From: Candidatus Nanoarchaeia archaeon
GTDB lineage: Archaea > Nanobdellota > Nanobdellia > SCGC-AAA011-G17 > JACPNG01
Assembly: GCA_028713535.1 (NCBI GenBank)
Contig: JAQTOC010000003.1
Coordinates: 7,556 to 71,555 of the forward strand
Direction: 5' to 3'
Length of the DNA stretch: 64,000 nt
Within the stretch, counting starts at the first letter, position 1, and each line of letters starts with the position of its first letter. The translations under genes were made by a program, and so were the position numbers. Below, one piece after another: positions 58,017 through 64,000 of the stretch. The notes beneath the pieces are model-generated. The model saw nothing but the letters and a program-made list of their open reading frames with translations, ran no database searches and had not been told where the DNA came from.

Positions 58017-58379
58017 TTATATTATTACTGTGGGTGGAGGTTTATCTTCTTCTTTAATGATACTCCTTTCGCTTGTTTCATCTTTTATTGTTTTTTGCAT
58101 ATCCTCCGGTAGGTCTAAAAGAACCTTCTCTAGTTCGCTGGGCGATAGACTACATATGAGTTTGTAGGCGTTGGCTGTATGTATACTTGTTTCAGTGGAT
58201 GGGACTGCGGGGTGTGGTTTGTCTTCTAGATTCATCAGTTTATCTATAGGCACTGATTTTGTTTGAAAAGCCAATCTAGCTATACCTCTGCTGGCAATTA
58301 TCGCACAGACTGCATCTTTAATTGATACAATCTGAGAAGGATCTTCACCGAAATCTTCTGTTTCTTTTTTAGCTGACAA
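58017..58379 (-). CDS. hypothetical protein (120 aa)
   Basis: Intact minus-strand ORF; the overlapping plus-strand ORF 57715..58167 is antisense to two tRNAs and rejected. Confidence 0.4.
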   Translation of the reverse strand: MSAKKETEDFGEDPSQIVSIKDAVCAIIASRGIARLAFQTKSVPIDKLMNLEDKPHPAVPSTETSIHTANAYKLICSLSPSELEKVLLDLPEDMQKTIKDETSERSIIKEEDKPPPTVII

Positions 58380-58520
58380 TTGACCCCCTTCCTTCTTCCG
58401 GTTTTTCCGAAAGATTTCAGAAATTTGCTATGACTATAACTACCAAAAGCTTAAGTTATTTTTGAGAAATTTCCCTTCTCTTTAAATGAAACAGAAAAAT
58501 TATGTAGCACAAATTCCTAT

Positions 58521-60290
58521 TTAAATCTTAGCTTTTAAGACTTCGGCCCCTCTTTTAGTAATCCTAAGCTCTTTTTTCCAGCCCTTGTCATGTTTAATAA
58601 CTTCTGTGGCGATTAAACCAAGATCCTCTAATTTTTTCTTTATGGCATTTCCCCTTCTTACGCTAATTTTAAATAACTCATAAATCTTTGAAATATTAAA
58701 TCCTTCATTCTTAGCTATAAAATCTAAGAACTTTTTTTCTTCATTGTCAAGCTTAAACTCAGGTTTTTTGATTTTAACTTGTTCTTCTAAAAATTCTTTT
58801 GGGGCTGCAACTCCAGAAGCTTTGAAGATATCATCCATTTTTTCTTTTTCTTCATTGACTTCTTTTTCAACTCTCTCTTCAACATAGCCCTTTTCAACCT
58901 CGTCTTGAATTACTTTTTGCCCCATCTTTACTCTTAAATCTTCATCTGTTACAACCTCCTCCTTAAGGCGTACTAAAGGAGTTTTTATCATAAAAGGAGT
59001 TGTATGTCTCTCAGATAATTTTACAAGGGCTTCACCTACCTGCAGCATTGAGAAGTAATCTTTGTGCTCTCTTAGCTGCATGATTCCTGATACTTGTTCA
59101 AGATCATCTGGCAAAACCTGCTGGAAAGCTACATTGCATGCGCTGTTTCCTGCCACAACGTCACTTAACTTAGATATGTGCTGGTCTAAGCAGATTAATC
59201 CAACCCCATACTCCCTGATCTCTCTGTAAACAACCTCTGTTGCGCCTTCTTTTATGAAATTAGGCTTGTCCTTTAAGAATATGTTATGTGCCTCGTCGAT
59301 TATTATTGCCTGGGTGAATTCCCCTCTTGTGGCATTTTCGTTTGTTTTTTTGTATTTGTACAAATAACTTAAGATAAATTCACAGAAGAATTTTTTCTGT
59401 GAGCTGTTTAATGAATGCAATTCAAATAATAACTTATCTCCAAAATAATCTTCAACTTTTACGCTGTCTTTTCCTTTATAGCCTATAACGTCCCCAAAGT
59501 CTCCAAAAGTTAATGCATGTGCTATTCTTAATGCAGAAATCAGCCATTCACTCTCTCTGTTTCTTATCTTCATTTCTTCTTCCTTGATTTCTAATCTGTC
59601 TTTAATCTGATGCCAGGTAGGATAATTTTCAGAACCTTCATACACCCCAAATTCTCTAAATGATTCATCCAAGGTTTCAACAATTATTTTATGTACTCCA
59701 TAGCTTGCAAAGAAACTCTCTGTAACCATATCTGCTAACAGGCTGATCCATTCTTTAGGAGGAACTCCTTGAGGCGGCCTGTTGATGTTTATCTTGAAGT
59801 TATTGTTTATCTTGGAGTTGCCTATCGTGTAAACTTTTATTTGGTTGTCAACTAAAACCAAAGACCTAAAACTTTTTTTCCAGTCAAATATCCAGAAGGG
59901 CTTGTTATTTTTTATTAAGTTTCCAATAATTACAAAAGCAAAATTTGTTTTTCCAGATCCGCTCATCCCGCTGATGCATACGTGTCTTGGCCAGTCTTTG
60001 TCTCTTAACCCAAAAGGATAATAGTCTTTTTCAGCATAAGTTATTACCCCCAATGGATAATCTCCGCCTATTATTTCTTTTTTTGGAGGCTCAAGAAGTA
60101 TTTTCTGGCTCAGCATGCTCTGATTTAAATGTTTGTGATACAAAGCACTTATTGCCTGTTCAATTTCAAATTTCTCGTCCCCTCTTTCTGCTAATCTGTA
60201 TCTTAGATAAAGGGCATCAATCTTTTTACCAAAGACAGGCCTTAGTTTCCTGCATAGTTCTTCTATAGTTAATTCTTTATCAAATGCCAT
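58521..60290 (-). CDS. HerA/FtsK/VirB4-superfamily (DUF87-like) ATPase with C-terminal winged-helix domain
   Basis: Walker A 'ISGMSGSGKTNFA', Walker B 'AIIIDEAHNIF', 589 aa, acidic linker then wHTH-like 'FLDFIAKNEGFNISKIYELFKISVRRGNAIKKKLEDLGLI'. Confidence 0.75.
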   Translation of the reverse strand: MAFDKELTIEELCRKLRPVFGKKIDALYLRYRLAERGDEKFEIEQAISALYHKHLNQSMLSQKILLEPPKKEIIGGDYPLGVITYAEKDYYPFGLRDKDWPRHVCISGMSGSGKTNFAFVIIGNLIKNNKPFWIFDWKKSFRSLVLVDNQIKVYTIGNSKINNNFKININRPPQGVPPKEWISLLADMVTESFFASYGVHKIIVETLDESFREFGVYEGSENYPTWHQIKDRLEIKEEEMKIRNRESEWLISALRIAHALTFGDFGDVIGYKGKDSVKVEDYFGDKLLFELHSLNSSQKKFFCEFILSYLYKYKKTNENATRGEFTQAIIIDEAHNIFLKDKPNFIKEGATEVVYREIREYGVGLICLDQHISKLSDVVAGNSACNVAFQQVLPDDLEQVSGIMQLREHKDYFSMLQVGEALVKLSERHTTPFMIKTPLVRLKEEVVTDEDLRVKMGQKVIQDEVEKGYVEERVEKEVNEEKEKMDDIFKASGVAAPKEFLEEQVKIKKPEFKLDNEEKKFLDFIAKNEGFNISKIYELFKISVRRGNAIKKKLEDLGLIATEVIKHDKGWKKELRITKRGAEVLKAKI

Positions 60291-60291
60291 C

Positions 60292-60768
60292 TTAGTCTAG
60301 AATCTTGTCCAGCATGTTTGCTTCACTCTGTTTTTCCCTTAATTCCTTGCTCCACTCTCTTAATTCTTTTTTAAGCAAGGCAATGTCTCTCCAGCATTCA
60401 AGTTTTTCTTTAACCTTCATCTCTTCCAGTTCTGCTTTTTTCTTGAGTAAGTTTAGCCTCTCGCTTGAAGCGTTAGGATCCATTGTAGATACGCTTATGG
60501 TCATTGTATTAATCTGGCTTACAATTTTATCAATGTCATTCATAAGTTCCTTTGTTAGTTTTTTTCTTTCTTCAATAAGCTCGGCAATCTCTCTTTGGCT
60601 TTCTATCAATGAGTTGATATCTTTCTTTTGTATGTCCTTAAGAATTTCGTCTCCGCCAATAACCTGGTCTTCAAAGGCCGCACTATAGTCTTTTAACTTT
60701 GGCCTTTCCTTCTTATGTTCCATCTCTAGGTCAGACAGGAACCCTTCTAAAATATCTTTTTTTGCCAT
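60292..60768 (-). CDS. coiled-coil protein (158 aa), translationally adjacent to the ATPase
   Basis: Heptad-rich E/K sequence; stop 1 nt from ATPase start codon. Confidence 0.5.
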   Translation of the reverse strand: MAKKDILEGFLSDLEMEHKKERPKLKDYSAAFEDQVIGGDEILKDIQKKDINSLIESQREIAELIEERKKLTKELMNDIDKIVSQINTMTISVSTMDPNASSERLNLLKKKAELEEMKVKEKLECWRDIALLKKELREWSKELREKQSEANMLDKILD

Positions 60769-60853
60769 TTTAACTGCTTAGTAATAAAACTGTTAGAATA
60801 ATATTATATATAAACCTTTCGGTTATTCCGGGGTCTTCCGAGGTATTCCATCC

Positions 60854-61039
60854 CTAATCATCAACTACTTTTACAGCCCCTTCAGGAGCATTTGCTTCAC
60901 ATGCTCTGCATCCAATACAGTCCTCAGGTCTTTTGACAACTATTTTTCCATTCTCTTTTTCAAATACGTTTGCAGGACAGATAGCAATGATCTCGTCATG
61001 ATTTCCTAATTTTTCATGGTTAATTATCGGCCTGGGCAT
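60854..61039 (-). CDS. small single-cluster [4Fe-4S] ferredoxin-like protein
   Basis: 'AICP' ... 'CIGCRAC' (CP + CxxCxxC ligand pattern), 61 aa. Confidence 0.5.
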   Translation of the reverse strand: MPRPIINHEKLGNHDEIIAICPANVFEKENGKIVVKRPEDCIGCRACEANAPEGAVKVVDD

Positions 61040-61040
61040 T

Positions 61041-61604
61041 TTAAACTCCCCGCTTTATTTTTGAAAAATCGCAGAACGTAACAGGGTAAGTCTTTTTTAG
61101 GGAATTTTTGATGTTAAACTGGACCTTCCCCCTTATGACTTCCATCATAAGCTCAGAATATTTTGTTTCATGGACAAATTTTGTTAAGCCTTCTTTTAGC
61201 TGTTTTCTTATTGTTGTTAATACGCTGTTAACAGTCTTTCCCTTAGTGATTATGACTGGTTTTAATACCACATCAACCCCATCACTTGTTTTTAGTTTAA
61301 AAGAATCAGCTACTTTTGAAGAATTAACCCTCACAGACCTTTTTATGCTTGATTGAGGTATTTCATATCCAACCAATTCTGTGAACGCTCCTTTGTCTTT
61401 TACATCTGTAACCTTGAATATGAGTTTAACATTAGATTTCTTGGAGTCAGCTATCTTGCTGGCATCAACAGTGATATTTCTGCCCTTGAGTTCACTAACT
61501 TCATAAGCAGGCGATTCCCCAATTATCTGCTCTCTGAACTCCTTAGGAGCATATATTTCAAACCATTTCTTCTTTCCCTTCTTTATAGCTGCTTTGGTTG
61601 CCAT
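61041..61604 (-). CDS. rps3ae: 30S ribosomal protein S3Ae (eS1)
   Basis: 'KKWFEIYAPKEF' N-terminal signature, 187 aa. Confidence 0.9.
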   Translation of the reverse strand: MATKAAIKKGKKKWFEIYAPKEFREQIIGESPAYEVSELKGRNITVDASKIADSKKSNVKLIFKVTDVKDKGAFTELVGYEIPQSSIKRSVRVNSSKVADSFKLKTSDGVDVVLKPVIITKGKTVNSVLTTIRKQLKEGLTKFVHETKYSELMMEVIRGKVQFNIKNSLKKTYPVTFCDFSKIKRGV

Positions 61605-61641
61605 TTTTAGAATCAGCGATTTAATCCCTTAATAAAGCTTT

Positions 61642-63000
61642 CTATTCCTCCTCGCTAAGAACCTTAGTTGCGACCTCTATGAACTCATTTTCCTTTTCCT
61701 GGGGGATTGTTGAGCCGCATGCAACACTATGTCCACCCGATACATAATCCCCAATTTTCTTTGTTATTTTTACAAGCTTGCTTCTGATATCTACATCCTT
61801 CCCGCCAGAAACTCTTCCTGAAATTTTTGTTTCGCCTATAACATTGTTAGCCATTACAAAAATCATCTTGCCTTTTTCATATACGTTTGAATGGGAAATT
61901 AGAGATGCAACAACTCCTGCAATATTTATGTCAATGTTGTTTTCTGCATTTATTATAACATAATTTTTAGCCTCAATAAATTTATCCTTGTTTTTATAGA
62001 ACCATTCTAATGATTTTCCTATCTTATTTCTGTACTCATCCAATATTTTTGTTCCATCCTCTCTTGCCTTTTCTTTGTCTAAGCAAAAAGAGACCCCTAA
62101 GGAAGTTTTGTTTAGTCTTGCACACGCATTCAGTAACGTTGAGAATTCTCTTAAGTCATTGAATTCATTGTTATTTAAAATATAGGCCTTTCTAAAAATA
62201 TTTTCAGGTTCTTCCTCGCTTCCAATCCTTTTTAGTATGACTGCTGGAATGATTTTTTTAAGTTCATCACCACTTAACTCTGAGATTTTTCTGAACCCAT
62301 TTTCATTTTTGATTTCAATCCCTATTTCTTTAAGGAAATTGATTGCTCCTTCCTCCTTGCCGGTAACCCCGGGGATGTATGGTTCAAAGCAATATTGCAG
62401 CGCCTTGTAAATTGGCCTGTTTCTAGAACCGAAAATGTAGAAGTCCTCCTTGACCTCAATATATTTGTTTTCAACTGCTTCTTCCAAAATTATTTTGTTT
62501 AACCCAAAAAATTCATTTCTCTCCTGATTGTCTCCTAATGCACCAGCAAGAGCTAAAAACCCAAGCTCTTTGTTTTTTTCATTTAATTCTCTTGCAAACA
62601 AATATGAAATTCCAGAAGAGGAAACATCCTCATAGTTCAGGCTTTTGCTTGGATTTAGGTTTATAATTTCCCCTTTGTAATCCTCATAAACATGATGGTC
62701 GAGAACAAAAATATTTTTTTCTTTTAGTCTTTTTTCAATGTCTTTTAGCATTGCAGATCCAAGGTCAAGGAAAAAAAATGTTTCATAATCTTCCCTCTTT
62801 AATTCATCCAGGAAACTATAAGTCAACTGCCTTACAAAAGAAACAGAAAAATTAAGATCTTCTCTTGAGAATGCCTTAATTAAAATTGCTGCAGAACTTA
62901 ATCCGTCTGCATCTAGCTGGCTTATTATTCTTATGGGTTTTTTAGGGAGCTGCCTGAACTTTTTGACAGCTTCCTTTATCCCACTTAAAAATAAATCCAT
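61642..63000 (-). CDS. DHH/DHHA1 phosphoesterase, archaeal RecJ/GAN (Cdc45-like) family
   Basis: DHH motifs 'DADGLSSAAI', 'LDHH'; DHHA1 'GGGH'-type 'YVSGGHSVACG'; conserved position between rps15 and rps3ae. Confidence 0.85.
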   Translation of the reverse strand: MDLFLSGIKEAVKKFRQLPKKPIRIISQLDADGLSSAAILIKAFSREDLNFSVSFVRQLTYSFLDELKREDYETFFFLDLGSAMLKDIEKRLKEKNIFVLDHHVYEDYKGEIINLNPSKSLNYEDVSSSGISYLFARELNEKNKELGFLALAGALGDNQERNEFFGLNKIILEEAVENKYIEVKEDFYIFGSRNRPIYKALQYCFEPYIPGVTGKEEGAINFLKEIGIEIKNENGFRKISELSGDELKKIIPAVILKRIGSEEEPENIFRKAYILNNNEFNDLREFSTLLNACARLNKTSLGVSFCLDKEKAREDGTKILDEYRNKIGKSLEWFYKNKDKFIEAKNYVIINAENNIDINIAGVVASLISHSNVYEKGKMIFVMANNVIGETKISGRVSGGKDVDIRSKLVKITKKIGDYVSGGHSVACGSTIPQEKENEFIEVATKVLSEEE

Positions 63001-63001
63001 T

Positions 63002-63457
63002 TTAACTTACAAGCAACTTGGCCTTGTCTTTGTCATATTTCCAGTCTTCAGGTAATTTGCCTGTTTTCTTGTAGTATTTTGTTAATCTCCTTATCTTGCT
63101 TCTGGTCAATAATAGACCTCTCTTTGCGCCTTCGTCTTTCTTGTTTTTTTCCAGATGCTTCATGATTATTGTTTCTCTCTTGATTAAAGCTGTAAAGTCT
63201 TCTGGAAGCTCGCCAGAAAGTTTATTCTCTGATAATATCTTAGTTATAGTCTTGCCTGTTATAATATTTACATCAGGAATACCATAAGAGTCTCTTAATT
63301 CTATTCCTATCTGACTTGCAGTTTTTCCTTTCTTTGCAATTTTAATAACAAGCTGTTCCACTTCCTTATCATCTCTCTTTAACCATACTGGTTTTGTTTT
63401 GTTTGATGGTTTCTTGCTTGAGCTTTTTCCTTTTGCTCTTGAATGCATTCTTGCCAT
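63002..63457 (-). CDS. rps15: 30S ribosomal protein S15 (uS15/S13e)
   Basis: 151 aa, 'MARMHSRAKGKSSS' N-terminus and C-terminal S15 helical domain. Confidence 0.88.
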   Translation of the reverse strand: MARMHSRAKGKSSSKKPSNKTKPVWLKRDDKEVEQLVIKIAKKGKTASQIGIELRDSYGIPDVNIITGKTITKILSENKLSGELPEDFTALIKRETIIMKHLEKNKKDEGAKRGLLLTRSKIRRLTKYYKKTGKLPEDWKYDKDKAKLLVS

Positions 63458-63558
63458 GTTTGTAATCCTCCTACTCAGAAATAGCTCTCTATTTCTGGTA
63501 TAAGCAAGCCTAAACCGGCTTATCCATTCCTTTTTGTTTTAATCCTCTGTTTATAAAT

Positions 63559-63807
63559 CTAACTTATTTTATAGATCTTGTCTGTTTTCCTTGCAAGATC
63601 CTTTACTTTAATTCCAACAGAGTCTCCTGCGCGAGCTGCCTTTACAGGTTTTCTGTCTATCTGCATGCTTTCAACAACCTGTTCAAATTCTGTTGTAGCA
63701 CCCTTCACTTTTATCTTATCTCCAATCTTTAGACTTCCGCTAAGGGTTATCGCTATGACCCCTATCTTTGAAAAATAATCTTCTACTTTTCCGATTTCTT
63801 TTTCCAT
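63559..63807 (-). CDS. small beta-barrel protein (82 aa), EF-Tu domain-2-like
   Basis: 'GDKIKVKG..EFEQVVESMQIDRKPVKAARAGDSVGIKV' resembles translation-factor domain II barrels. Confidence 0.4.
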   Translation of the reverse strand: MEKEIGKVEDYFSKIGVIAITLSGSLKIGDKIKVKGATTEFEQVVESMQIDRKPVKAARAGDSVGIKVKDLARKTDKIYKIS

Positions 63808-64000
63808 TTTAGACTGAATACCCCCACCATATCTAAGTATAAATATTATATAAAAATATCTAAATTAAACTTAAAGTCCAGCTCTGGCTAGAATATGCCT
63901 GAGAAGTTATTCCATATGGAACGTCTTCCAAGCAGAAATATAAATCTTCTTGTCCTTCTCCGTTACTGTTATTCCCAGCATTTAATATAGAACTGGTTAT

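Noticed and set aside
57715-58167. 150-aa plus-strand ORF
   Set aside because: It is antisense to tRNA-Val and tRNA-Thr and overlaps a plausible minus-strand ORF. Its translation is Arg/Pro/Ser-rich junk typical of tRNA antisense.

Overview
AT-rich (~33% GC) archaeal chromosomal segment. Archaeal-type information-processing genes include TFB, Alba, Sm-L37e, the L1-L10-P1(L12) cluster, S17e, S8e, S3Ae, S15, a RecJ/GAN-like DHH protein, the EndA tRNA-splicing endonuclease, RNase Z, LonB, ArgRS and eukaryal/archaeal-type GlyRS. The many small membrane or secreted proteins, compact operons and low GC suggest a DPANN-like lineage. Six tRNA genes are present; tRNA-Val appears to carry a ~23-nt intron at a non-canonical (D-loop) position. 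Accessory content stands out: (i) a minus-strand block (49.5-60.8 kb), interrupted and flanked by tRNA genes, encodes a small wHTH protein, a 641-aa protein with an archaeal prepilin-like (class III) signal, a 1983-aa Cys-rich secreted giant protein carrying a GH23/SLT lytic-transglycosylase domain, and a HerA/VirB4-superfamily ATPase with a coiled-coil partner, which may be a surface or host-interaction (T4SS/Ced-like) apparatus; (ii) a bacterial-like ADP-heptose biosynthesis operon (gmhA-gmhB-hldD-nucleotidyltransferase) fused to a CYTH gene; (iii) a pilin-like/secreted protein operon (19.2-23 kb); (iv) a cassette of small proteins with near-identical junctions; (v) a XerA-like recombinase neighbourhood with paired coiled-coil/wHTH proteins containing tetranucleotide and 12-nt in-frame tandem repeats. 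All functional calls rest on motif and architecture recognition by eye; no database searches were run.
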